DNA from: Octopus bimaculoides
Taxonomy: Eukaryota
Direction: 5' to 3'
NCBI RefSeq assembly: GCF_001194135.2
Contig: NC_068982.1
Span: 6,189,746-6,223,733, forward strand
DNA length: 33,988 bases
Positions 21,535 to 32,788 of the stretch are shown in pieces; position 1 is the first letter of the stretch, and the number at the start of each line of letters is the position of its first letter. Under the pieces are notes generated by a model. That model had not been told where the DNA came from. It made no database searches and saw nothing but the letters and a program-made list of their open reading frames with translations. A program made the position numbers and the translations under genes.

Positions 21535-21960
21535 ACTCAAGGAGATTTTGTGCAACTGAAACCTGAGTATCTTTTTGGTCAGCTGAAGGCAGTTTTCACA
21601 CAAATTTGGCAGACATGCGTCTCATACCCAAATCTCCAGTGATAATGGATTGAACTGAACTGTAATTAATCTGTACATCCTCTGATAACTCACGGTTGGT
21701 GATTCGACGATTTCCCCTCACAGCTGCACGCACATCTGCAATGTTTTTCTCACTTCTTTTGACAGAGCGTCTCCCAGAACGTTCGTCAATAACGACATTT
21801 TTCGGCCCTCTTGGAAATGCCTGAACCACTCGTAGATTTGTGTGCAGCACATACTCTCCTTCCAATACATTTTCTGCAAATTTGCTGGGGCCGCTGAGCA
21901 GGTATCACCCGCTACACACTTTCCTTCAAAACACTGCTGTAAACAGCGGAAGTGAGCTAG
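21535..21960 (-). mobile_element. Mariner transposase N-terminal (helix-turn-helix) fragment, frameshifted
   Basis: TQIYEWFRHFQEGR / DERSGRRS..SEKNIADVRAAVRGNRRITNRELSEDVQINYSSVQSIITGDLGMRRMSAKFV*KL.SADQK carries the mariner SGRP and SA(K/R)(W/F)VP motifs. Confidence 0.85.
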
Positions 21961-23062
21961 AGCGTTAAAACTTAGTGCGCATGCACAACAGAGTTTTAGG
22001 TCAATCTTTGCCAAGCGGCTTTACTCTGCGTACTTTAGCTTCGTTACTATGGCAACAGNNNNNNNNNNNNNNNNNNNNNNNNNNNNNNNNNNNNNNNNNN
22101 NNNNNNNNNNNNNNNNNNNNNNNNNNNNNNNNNNNNNNNNNNNNNNNNNNNNNNNNNNNNNNNNNNNNNNNNNNNNNNNNNNNNNNNNNNNNNNNNNNNN
22201 NNNNNNNNNNNNNNNNNNNNNNNNNNNNNNNNNNNNNNNNNNNNNNNNNNNNNNNNNNNNNNNNNNNNNNNNNNNNNNNNNNNNNNNNNNNNNNNNNNNN
22301 NNNNNNNNNNNNNNNNNNNNNNNNNNNNNNNNNNNNNNNNNNNNNNNNNNNNNNNNNNNNNNNNNNNNNNNNNNNNNNNTATTTAAATGTTTTATTGTTG
22401 ACAAGTTTAAATGCTCATAACAGTCAATAATATAAAAACTGTGGATCAACTTGTTTAAATGTACAAAATTCAATAGTGTTAGTAGCGGTCGACAAGAAAT
22501 AAATATCATTAAAGTTTTAGTCATATTGAGTTAAGTGGGAGAAAAACAAGGGAGAAATGAAGATAGCAAAAAAAAAATGGGATTTGGTTTACAGTTTCTG
22601 TGATTCTCTTTCCCTCGTGTGCAGGAACTTTCGCTTCTAACGGTGTTTTTTTTAAATCTGGTGTATTTATAAATTTTTCCGAGAACGGATCTGATTTTTG
22701 ATTTGTTAAAGTACTGGCGACGTCTTGTTTTTCAGGTGGTCAAGTTTGTCGTTCTGCCTGGTTGGCTTCCCTGTGGGGAACAGTCATCAGCCGTATCAGT
22801 TGGTTGATTCTCTTAAAGTGTAATTTTGTTGTATTTGCTGAAGTTCAGTTTTGATCAGAGGTAAAATTTCATTGGTCTAGTGTTAGGTGACATCAGCAAC
22901 TGGTGTTTGTAGGGTGTTATTGTATGGTGATTTGGAGTTGCGGTTTCGAAACCCTGGCAGAAGACTGTTACTAAAGTTTTAGAAATTGTCTGTTGTACCT
23001 GGTTGATTTTGTGGAGAAATTGAGTCATTTTCCCTTTTTCTCTTTACTGTTTTTCCTTCTTT

Positions 23063-23450
23063 CTAAAGGATATTCTGATGTGGTTTATATTTTTTAATGA
23101 GTATGCTTTCCTTATTTAAACGGAATTGGGTTGAAGTGCTTCCGGTGTACTAATAGAGAGGGAATATTTAGTATTATGGGTTTATATTAGGTGTTTGCTT
23201 ACGGGAATTTTCCTTGTCATGGGGTCCCGGATTTGTTACCTGTGCACCGTTAGTCTGTCACTCAAGGTTAAACTAGTTTGACCTATGTAGTCTCCACCAC
23301 ACTCTCCACATTTGGGAATATAGATTAAGTTTTTCGAAGCACAGGTAAAGTGATTTTTTATGGTAAAAGTTTGACAGGCAACAAATCCGGGACCCCACGA
23401 CCAGGAAAATTCCCGTATGCAAACACCTAGACCAACTTAAGCAAACGTAA
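23063..23450 (-). mobile_element. 5'-truncated Penelope-like element: GIY-YIG domain remnant (23063-23373) with an inverted fold-back copy (23374 to ~23450)
   Basis: QTFTIKNHFTCASKNLIYIPKCGECGGDYIGQTSLTLSDRLTVHR*QIRDPMTRKIPVSKHL, then IFPLY*..TQFRLNKESILIKKYKPHQNIL*. Inverted arms 23188-23243 and 23374-23429 match at 52/56. Sequence at 22380-23062 may be its 3' extension. Confidence 0.85.
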
Positions 23451-23459
23451 GCAAACAAC

Positions 23460-24330
23460 TAGATCACTTTTGTTCGCCATCCAGCTCGATCCGGAGCAAG
23501 GATTTCTATGGCCTTTGGATCCATTCCAAATGACTTCATGCTAGTCCTTATGCTGTCCTTAAACCTCTTTTTAGGATTACACCGATTGCGATTCCCCTCT
23601 GCAAGCTCTCCATAAAACAGCTGTCTGGGTGTGCGTTCATCCGCCTTTCGAACGATACGGCCTGATCATTTCATTTGATTTTTCAGAATCATTGATCTAA
23701 TTGAAGTGATGCCTGCAAACGCAAAGACATCTGTACCTAGAGTAAAAAAAAAAGACCCATTTAATGATTAAAATGCGGCGAAAACGCTTTTGGTTGAATC
23801 GTTTTAAAAATTTGTAATGTCTTTCATAACACATCCATGTTTCAGAAGAATACAACAGGGATGGTGAGACAAACGATTTATAAAGAGCCAATTTTGTGCT
23901 GGCATTTATATGCCGTTGGCGCCAAACACATGACTCCAAACCACCAAATGCTTGTGCTGCCCTTTGAATTCGCAGTAATGAGTGAAGTAAAAACCTTTGT
24001 TTTGAATTTCAGTCTGGTATGATTAAAAACATTCCCTGTTGTTCGATATTTTGTGTAACTACTCAGAGTTTTGAAAAGCGTGTGGCAGCACAGCAGCAAC
24101 GTTTATTTCAAAGAGTGTGGGTGCACCAAGGTCTCTTTGCTTTAATCCATTGTCCACAGCAAATGATTCAGAGAGTCTACCACTAAAATTAACTCTAGCC
24201 TTCATATCTTGATGCAAAACCTTGATCATGTTCACAAATTTTTCTTGGCAACGTATTTTTCTTAGAATTAGCCACAGAGCATTTCGATTAACCGTATCGA
24301 ATGCCTTGCTTAAATCAACAAAGCAATATA
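23460..24330 (-). mobile_element. RTE-clade LINE ORF2 remnant (RT and C-terminal region, with an internal deletion removing the YADD region)
   Basis: FVDLSKAFDTVNRNALWLILRKIRCQEKFVNMIKVLHQDMKARV..NGLKQ..APTLF; YRTTGNVFN..KTKV; RIQRAAQAFG..LLYSSETW; PRQLFYGELAEG..PKKRFKD..DRAGWR. Confidence 0.9.
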
Positions 24331-25338
24331 TATATATNNNNNNNNNNTGTGTGTGTGTGTGTGTGTGTGTGTAAATTAAATAGAGAGATACAATTGACCA
24401 TCCAATAATTTATTTATATTATTATTATATAACATAATATACCATGAATATATTATAAGATATAAGATAACAACATAAACAATTACTAAAAAAACAAAAA
24501 AGCCAACAGTTTGTTTTGATTTATATACATTTTTTGATGTAGAAACAATTCAATTCCCTTATATAAGCCTCATCAGAGCCGATGGTTTAAAGATAGAAGA
24601 AATTCCGTGTGAAAGGACGGCTGGATAGTATAAAGAAATAATTCAAATGCCTATGTATCATGAGCGTGAGCGTTAGCCATTCCACTCTATATCAATTACA
24701 ATCAAAAACAGCAAAATTATAACGGACAAAATAATTAAGTAGAAACTACAACCATCGAAATATATTTCTGTATATCTCAAATAATATTAAACCAAGCACC
24801 TTCCTTGGCATAACGTCTAAAATATAGTAGTGGTCGGCAAAAAGCTACCTATCCTAACGAAGTTACTGGGTATCAGATTTCTATATTGTATGCTAATTAT
24901 CAACCCATCGCAAGAGGGAGCGTATCCAAATACATAGCATCCAAAATATAGTTGTAATCGTAATCGCTAAAAGCCGGTCCTAACAAAGTTTTTGGGTGTC
25001 TAGTTTCTGTACTGAATGTTGATACCGTTGAACCATGATAAGAGAGAACAATAGCTTAAGGCTAATGGCTAGAAGCAGGCGACCCGGTTCCGTATATAAA
25101 TGTCATTCTGAGTAAATTTTTTCCTGTTTCCTTTCTTTCTTTCCATCTCTTCTCTTTCTTTGTCTTCCTTTTCTTTGGCAGGTGATTAGTTGAACTCCGA
25201 TAAAGATAATATTGCGGCGGTCGTTCACGATATTTTTTGAACCACAAACGCACTTAAAATGCATACATGAAACAACTGTAAGGCTATAATCCACAAATAG
25301 ATGTATAAAGCCCATTATATATATATCATGTGTGTGTA

Positions 25339-25394
<56 letters not shown>

Positions 25395-25675
25395 TGTGTA
25401 TATGTGTATGTGTCATACGCAGGCATTCGTATGTAGATAGAGAGAAAGAAAAATAAATGCAAAGCATTTTCTTTTAAGCCATGACCTCCTCTTCCTGTAA
25501 ATTGTCTGAGTAAAGTTTTTCTGTATATCAAAGAGTTCAGAATCTCTTTGATTATCTTTCTTCCTTAGTAAAAACAGCTTTTAAAATTTACAGCAGCCGT
25601 CTTGACATTTAAATCCACCACTTCGTCGATCTATTGCAGGCGAAATTCACAGACGGTCATTCACTTTATATTTTA

Positions 25676-25776
25676 ACAACAACAACAGCAGCAACAACTA
25701 CAACAGCAGCAGCAACACCAACACCACCACCACCACCACCAACAGCAGCAGCAGTAACAACAACACCAGCAACAAC
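25676..25776. repeat. Compound (AAC)/(AGC)/(ACC) trinucleotide microsatellite
   Basis: Read directly; abuts the LINE 3' end. Confidence 0.9.
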
Positions 25777-25777
25777 G

Positions 25778-26930
25778 ATTTCATTTATTTGCCGGGCGAA
25801 AGATGAAGGGGACAATACAAAGGCAAAAATTAAGCATGGAGCAAGTATATACATTATACAATGAAAAGAAAAGGGAAAATATATAGTACACAGAGGTAAA
25901 AAAAAAAAGGGGTCATGATAGTGATGTAGTACTCCTGATATAGGACCTCTAAGAATAATCGAGGAATCCCACTGTCTAAGACCTCCCTGAACACCAAGGG
26001 CAAGCGCCGTCTCCAATTCCCTTTCTCCGATTCACAGGTCTACACTTAGAGGGGTACTATCTACACTTGCCCTTTTCGCACCTTTCAGCAACCTTTCAAT
26101 AAACTCAGTCGAGGACAGCACTTCCCTCTCTGCCCTCAATTTCCTTTTTAACTGAAACCTGAAAGGGTCGATGAGGCCTCTACCAAACAGGAATGTATCT
26201 GTCCTCATGTCTTTCAGCTTCGACCACCAAACAATCTCTTTCTCCACTGTCACCAGACAAAGAAAACTGCCTTGCTTTCCCGATTACAGGAGGGCAGCAA
26301 AGCAATCGTCATTATGGACTCGACCGACAGACGGATCCGTCGCACACATGACAGCAGCTGTTCAACATAACGCTACAAGTCAGCAATGCCCGGACACTGA
26401 AAGTGTGCGAACAGAACGGTTTCGTCAATCTACGAACACTTCGGACAAGCCCATCTGACAGCACAATCCGTGTCGGTAAAGTTTATCTCGAACCGGTAAC
26501 AACTTGCGGTAGCACTGCCAGGCCAAGCACGTCTGGAAATAATCCATAATATAATAGTTCCCGACCAGAAAGTCTTCCGGAACAGAATAGCCAGTTCGAT
26601 TTCGTTGACACCCAGAATCTTCTCGAGAAGGTCGTCGCACTTCACCGCAACTAATCCTCTATAAATTGCTAAAGTGGAAATCCACCAGTTCCATTGCTCG
26701 ACTGGTAGAAGGTCGTGAGCACCTGACGACATTCTAGTTGCCAAGTACCCAGTATTGGTCTTTTCTTCACCCAGGACTGTAATAACACAGTCAAGAAGAC
26801 GAGCTGCAGAAAGACGTGACTCGCTGCCCAGAAATTGTTGCAGGCGACACAACCTAAAAGCGTGTCTGAAAGTGAGTGGAAGGAGAGTCTATGTTGCAAT
26901 CCAGCCGAGAATTTGGCAGTAATTTCTCAG
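25778..26930 (-). mobile_element. L1-clade (Tx1-like) LINE 3' portion: ORF2 C-terminus with Cys/His motif, 3' UTR and AATAAA
   Basis: Frameshifted pieces RHAFRL, LAIYRGLV..DDLL..LFRKTF, LAWQCYRKLLPVRDKLYRHG, CPKC..ETVLFAHFQC and KEIVWW..FQLKRKLRAEREVLS; stop at 26032-26034; AATAAA at 25784-25789. The 5' limit is uncertain. Confidence 0.75.
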
Positions 26931-27608
26931 AAAACTGGTGGTGTCGCTGTGTGCGCGCAAAAACAAGGTACCAAGAATTAGTAAGATACACCTAGGTGGA
27001 GTCTTCAAAGCTGTATGGACAGATATAGAATATGTGATCAGGAGAAAGTAGTCCTGGAGCGTGTCGGTCCTCTTCAGTAGCAAAGCCCTTGTACTAAGAG
27101 AGTCCATAATTTCCATACGTAATAGGTAACTCACCATTTACCCGACATATTTGGGAAGAAGAGCCTGTCGCGTTAAGACAGAGCGAGGTACACCAGGACT
27201 GGACGTTTGGTGAGTGTTGGTTTGTGTTGTCTTGGAGAGCAGCAACACCCTTCCCGACGTGAAACAAAGTAAAAGGAAGTTTAGTTTGGGACTGCACTCG
27301 AAATTCCTCCTCAGATCAGGTCAGTGGATGTGGAAAAGATCCCAGAAATTATAGACCTGCACATTGTTATGAAGCTAAATGTTGGTACTAACGGAAAAAG
27401 GCTAAGATTCTATTTGTGTATTGGTGAAACCGTTTAATCGCCTTCTGTTCCTATCACAAAAAAGAGAAAGGTAGCCCCCCACTACTGCTTCCAAGGCAAT
27501 CCCAACAACAGCAGCAGCGTATATGAAGAGCAACAAGTGGAGAAAGGAGTGAGAACTGGAAGAATAGTAGCAATGTCATTAGGGTTGGGGTTAGGGTTAG
27601 GTTAAAGT

Positions 27609-27865
27609 TTTGCAATTCCCTATGATAGCAGAGTCGATACTAAAGATATCGAATAAACTGAGAACTATTACAATCTATCCAGAGAGCTGAGAAAGCTATG
27701 GAAGACCAAGACAACAATTATTGTTGTAGTAATTGGTGTACTTGGTACAGCACACAAAGTGCTGCCTAAACGGTTGGGAAAAAAAAGGAACTGAAACTCG
27801 CATTGTCGACCTGCAGAAAAGTCCCATCCTGTATTCTGCAACAAATCTTAAGAAAGATTCTTGAG
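27609..27865 (+). mobile_element. RLE (R4/Dong-like) endonuclease fragment, decayed
   Basis: FAIPYDSRVDTKDIE*TENYYNLSRELRKLWKTKTTIIVVVIGVLGT..KRLG, then after a frameshift GTETRIVDLQKSPILYSA; typical RLE K.EKY.DL..EL..LW..IGALG..LQK region. Confidence 0.85.
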
Positions 27866-27989
27866 GAGAACCGTTGTCGCGAAACATCAAAATAAAATAC
27901 TTGTTAATGAAATTAGCATGCATTAGTGTATTCATAATGATACATCCAAGTTAATTGAGATAGCCATTAAGAATGACTTGCTCCATCAC

Positions 27990-28320
27990 TTTGAATTTCT
28001 CTCTTCAGTGACCATCAATACAGCTTAGATAGCACTCAATGCACTGGTGACTTACTCTCATATATGACTTATCTTTGGGCTCTCGTTTTACAATTCGGCG
28101 TCAGAAATTCTGCTTTTATTGACATCGACAAATCTTTCGACCGATCTAGCCAGCAAATCTATAAAAACTTTATGTTTACAAGTTCCACGCATTTCTCATC
28201 TCTTGGATCAATATCTTCCAATTAAACCATAGTAGGACGTGCTGACCGAAATTTTTCTATTTCACTCTCAATTAACTTTGGTGTTCGTCAGAGTTCGGTT
28301 CTGTTCCCGGCATTCTACAC
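27990..28320 (+). mobile_element. CR1/Jockey-group LINE reverse transcriptase fragment, strongly decayed
   Basis: LFSDHQYSL..TGDLLSYMTYLW..FIDIDKSFDR and GVRQSSVL correspond to RT motifs QYGF, LDISKAFDR and GVPQGSVL. Confidence 0.65.
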
Positions 28321-28874
28321 AACACTGCGGCATGTAAAGATGTCTTCCTGGGGCTTAAACAACAGTAACATCGTCCTTTATAGGACCGCCACATTACATA
28401 TATATATGTAACGATTAAATTTTTAGTTGAGGGTTAATTGTAACGGTTAAAGATTATTTTTTGTATCGATTGAAATTGCTTTGTAATGGCAAGTTGTAAG
28501 ATGTGAAAGATGAACAATGCATGCAGTTTTAAGGAAATATTTATTTACCGTTACATTGAAAATACCTTGCCCCGTCGGGCAGGTTATAAAATCCGAGAGC
28601 ATGCGAAAGAAAGTTAGATGTGGTAGAATTTATCTTTGTATAGTTTTGTGTACACGTTGTTAGTAGTAATCCACAGATAGCGATAGAATGATGTTGTGAG
28701 AGAACAGAATTAGAGCTAGTGAAAGTTGTAGGGTTGTGGAACGTTGTCTCACAGTTGCTGACAGTAAATTTTATTTCTCTGTCTGACCATTGCCTTTAGT
28801 AGCTGCCTTGCTTGCGATCATGATTCTCGCAGTCCTTTCCCTGATTGAGTTATCACGAGCCGACTCACTCAGCT

Positions 28875-28991
28875 GTCACCAAGTGACCTCTGGTTGAGTC
28901 GTCACCAAGTGACCTCTGGTTGAGTCGTCACCAAGTGACCTCTGGTTGAGTCGTCACCAATTGACCTCTGGTTGAGTCGTCACCAAGTGAC
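28875..28991. repeat. 26-bp minisatellite, 4.5 copies (GTCACCAAGTGACCTCTGGTTGAGTC)
   Basis: Units start at 28875, 28901, 28927, 28953 and 28979; one substitution in the fourth unit. Confidence 0.95.
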
Positions 28992-29294
28992 TAACTGTCT
29001 TTTGCTTGCGGGTTCTTGTCTTTATAACTATCCAGAAGGATAGACATATCGTTGAGAACAATGGGCTTCGTTGGTGGTCCTGTGATATCTCTATTCTAGC
29101 TTTGGTGAAGTAGAAGAGGTTATAAGGGTCAAGTGGGGAAGACATTGTTTAGGCCTAGCTAAAGGCATCTGGCGTATGTAAAACTGCTGTCACTGAAAAA
29201 CCATTGTTTTACCGGGAGAAAAATTCTGCTGAACTGTTAATTTAAATTGGGCTATGGTGGATCGAATCCACTTCATGCTTGCAAGATTCACTAC

Positions 29295-29348
<54 letters not shown>

Positions 29349-30063
29349 ACCGATAATCACAGATGAATTCTAAATGCAAGAGCGAAAAATAATGAAAGCA
29401 GATATTTAGTCGCCATTTTGTTCGCAATTATTTGTTATGTTGCGAGTAATAGCAAATAAGAATGAAAGACGAAAACAGTTGAAGGGGAAAAAAATGAAAG
29501 AAGGAATAAGGCAAGAAGAAAAGGCAAATAAGATTATAGCTAGAAAAGAAGACAGAAAGATATAATTATTTCTGGAAGTTTAAAGAAAAATTAACGCTTA
29601 TTGATCGTAACGAAATCCTTGTTATGAGTGAAGGCCCAACTCATAACAAACAATGATAATATAGCCATTACTATGAAACCGTCCAAGCAAATAATTGACA
29701 TTAGCTTCCGTTTTCTAGACTGTTTAATTTAAATTTTACTCTCACGATATCAAGTGTCAGTGAATCTGTACCGCCATTCATTCCTTTCACTTCATCCATC
29801 ATCCGTACATCCCGTTTGATATAAAAACATGGGCTGTGCATATTTCTTCTAAAATTAGAATTTAACGAAGTAAAGAGATGAGTCGAATGTCCACTATGCT
29901 CCAGTTCTTTCGCTTAAGAAACAGAGTTAATTGCAATACCAAAGAGATTATGTTTTGATTAATGTGACACTCGTAACGACTCCATATTTACACAAACATG
30001 TACGTATACATACACAGACACACATATTATTAATATCATCATCATCATTATTATTATTATTAT

Positions 30064-30333
30064 TTTATGTTTGACTTTTGTTTTGCATTTGTACAAGTTA
30101 GATCCAAGTCTCACCCAGAGACCTCAAGAGACAAGTTAGAAGTTCATGTAGGTGTTATGCCTAGGGTACCATATATTTGGATTTGTACAGTTTTGTTCAA
30201 GTGAATGTTTAAGAAACCATAAGAAAATTATGTGTTTGCTTTAAAATTTGAGATCACATAGACAGTATTTTACGTAGGATATGGGCAGTTCCCATGAGCA
30301 CTATCTTTTGAACTTCAGCCATTTTGGGGTTTC

Positions 30334-30334
<1 letters not shown>
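30064..30334 (-). mobile_element. 5'-truncated Dong/R4-like LINE 3' end inserted in (AAT)n
   Basis: Minus strand encodes PKMAEVQKIVLMGTAHILRKILSM* (RLE C-terminus; stop at 30254-30256) followed by a ~190-nt UTR; (TAT)n lies on both sides (about 30047-30063 and 30334-30393). Confidence 0.85.
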
Positions 30335-30394
<60 letters not shown>

Positions 30395-31801
30395 TGCATC
30401 AGTGTGCTACTTCCCCATGCATATTAAGGCTTCGTAGGCTTCTTAGAGAACCCCAGCTCGTCGGGCTCAGGTTAGGCTTAAGGTTAAGGTTACCAGCTCA
30501 CACCCACATGTCAGCTAACACACACGCATATAATAGATACACACGCGTAGGGATCAGACATCCACACCTACGCACTTATACATCTAGTATGCACACAACC
30601 TCTCTGGCCATGTATCTGATGGCCCGCAAGTCCCTTCAAAGACCGGCCAAACAGCAAGGTGCCACCAGTTTCCAATCCAGTCACGTAGTCCAAAAAATTA
30701 TCCTTTTAATGCATGTAATGTCACTGTAATGTTGATCTCACTGTTAGCAAATACCATGTGACACGCTTTGACCAACAGCAGCCATTTTCCGGTAGCCATC
30801 TTAGCATTCCTGGAGAGATCCATATGGTCAACTGAGCCTGACGAACTAGGTCCTGCAAGGAACTACTTCATACATACATACATACATACAAATACACACA
30901 CGCACCAAACTAGAAAAATGAACAGTAGTATTCCACGAGTACACCATCTGAATATGTAATAAATATAATCATATTTAAACGTAAAAGAAATAAAGAATGA
31001 ATTAGGTTTAGGCGTCCACACTATTTGAAACTGCATACTTACTTTTCGTGAAAACGATGTTTATACGAGGAATTGTAATAACTGCCATGATTCGATTTAA
31101 ACGGTGTATCAGTGTCGTTTAAAAGTGATGAATAAGAAATTGTGTGTGTGTGTGTGTGTGTGTAGGGAATGGAGATGAGACAGTGAGCGAAAAGTATAGT
31201 TTACCACTCTATAGTAACAATTATTTTTTTTTACCATTCCTTTTTTGCTTTGAATTAGTGGATCTCGAACCCGTGATTCTTCATGCATTTTAAAATGTAG
31301 ATGACCTTAGACATTTGTACAAATTTTGGAAAGCATTCGATAAGAAATGGTGATGTTCCAAAACAAAGAGATAAATATCGATGCTTATTCGCTGCATGTT
31401 CTTGAGTTTGTAATTGGAAATTCAAAGCAATTCCAGGTTTTACCATTTCTTATATTGTGTGTTTCAAAACTAAAAGGGTTTTCCTCATAAGAATCACTTG
31501 CAAATAGTTTTAGCTATATTTTAATTCTAAATTACATCGTGTAGGAAAGTATATAACTGGAGATTGCAGCTAACAAAAATAAATAAATAACTAAATAAAT
31601 AGTGAAGATATATGTAGAAAGGTAAATTAATAGGATTTAATTACATTTCTATGATGTAATGTGTCGTTTAATTCTAATAAATGCAGAAACCAGGAAACAA
31701 ACGTCTGGGTAGCCGCTCACATTGATAGAATTAGTAACTAAATCCCTCTTAAATCACTTCATACTATCTGACAAATAGAGAGACACATTGGTTCAGGCTA
31801 T

Positions 31802-32165
31802 GTGAAAGCGCAATGGCCCAGTGGTTAGGGCAGCAGACTCGCGGTCATAGGAACGCGGTTTCGATTCTCAAACTGGGCGTTGTGTTTATTGAACGAAAAC
31901 ACTTAAATCACCACGTGGCTACAGCAGGGGGTGGTGGAGAACCCTGCTGTATTCTTTCTCTCACTTTTTCTTCCTGTTTCTGTTATACCTGTATTTCAAA
32001 AGGTCAGCATTGTCACACTCTGTGTCACGCTGAATTTCCCCGAAAACTACTTTAAGGGTACACGTGTGTGTGTAGTACTCAGCCACTTGCACGTTAATTT
32101 CACGAAAAGGCTGTTCCGTTGATCGGATCAACTGAAACCCTTGTCGTCGTAACCGACGGAGTGCC
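31802..32165 (+). mobile_element. tRNA-derived SINE family C, full length, inserted in an old family G repeat
   Basis: Collinear with 17798-18180. Confidence 0.92.
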
Positions 32166-32387
32166 GTGGTAATATATGTTATCTAGAAAGAAAATAAAGC
32201 AGGATGATCATGGCTGGAATGTCTTTTATCAGGAATCACTTGGCTAAATATCAATAACAACATTATAGCAGCAGCTATATTTACGAACCATGATTTGCCT
32301 GCCTCTTCTTAAAAAAATAATAAAAAAAAACAAGAAAAACGTGTGGGATATATCAGGATGTGGTGGTCACGGTTAAATGGTTATATA

Positions 32388-32788
32388 TTCTTTTATTTGT
32401 CTCAGTCATTTGACTGCGGCCATGCTGGAGCACCGCCTTTAGTTGAGCAAATCGCCCTCCNNNNNNNNNNNNNNNNNNNNNNNNNNNNNNNNNNNNNNNN
32501 NNNNNNNNNNNNNNNNNNNNNNNNNNNNNNNNNNNNNNNNNNNNNNNNNNNNNNNNNNNNNNNNNNNNNNNNNNNNNNNNNNNNNNNNNNNNNNNNNNNN
32601 NNNNNNNNNNTATATATATATACGACGGGCTTCTTTCAGTTTCCGTCTACCAAATCCACTCACAAGGCTTTGGTCGGCCCGAGGCTATAGTAGAAGATAC
32701 TTGTCCAAGGTGCCACGCAGTGGGACAGAACCCGGAACCATGTGGTTGGTAAGCAAGCCACTTACCACACAGCCACTCCTGCGCCTAT
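32388..32788 (-). mobile_element. SINE family D with an assembly gap (32461-32610) at its internal microsatellite
   Basis: Both ends match 8472-8868. Confidence 0.88.

Noticed and set aside
22764-22790. CUGAUGA-CUGU-UCCCC-ACAG-GGAAG downstream of the GIY-YIG remnant
   Set aside because: The position suits a Penelope hammerhead and stem II pairs, but GAAAC, the cleavage triplet and stem I are not recoverable.
24555-24580. CUGAUGAGGC on the minus strand
   Set aside because: No properly placed GAAA or stems I and III.
25634-26016. Poly-T/A/P and poly-V/G ORFs resembling mucin or membrane proteins
   Set aside because: They are translations of a compound trinucleotide repeat plus LINE 3' UTR.
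28875-28991. CRISPR-like array
   Set aside because: The units are contiguous with no unique spacers, the context is eukaryotic and there are no cas genes.
30730-30852. Possible minus-strand exon after ttccttgcag
   Set aside because: No recognisable homology and only a weak donor; unsupported without transcripts.
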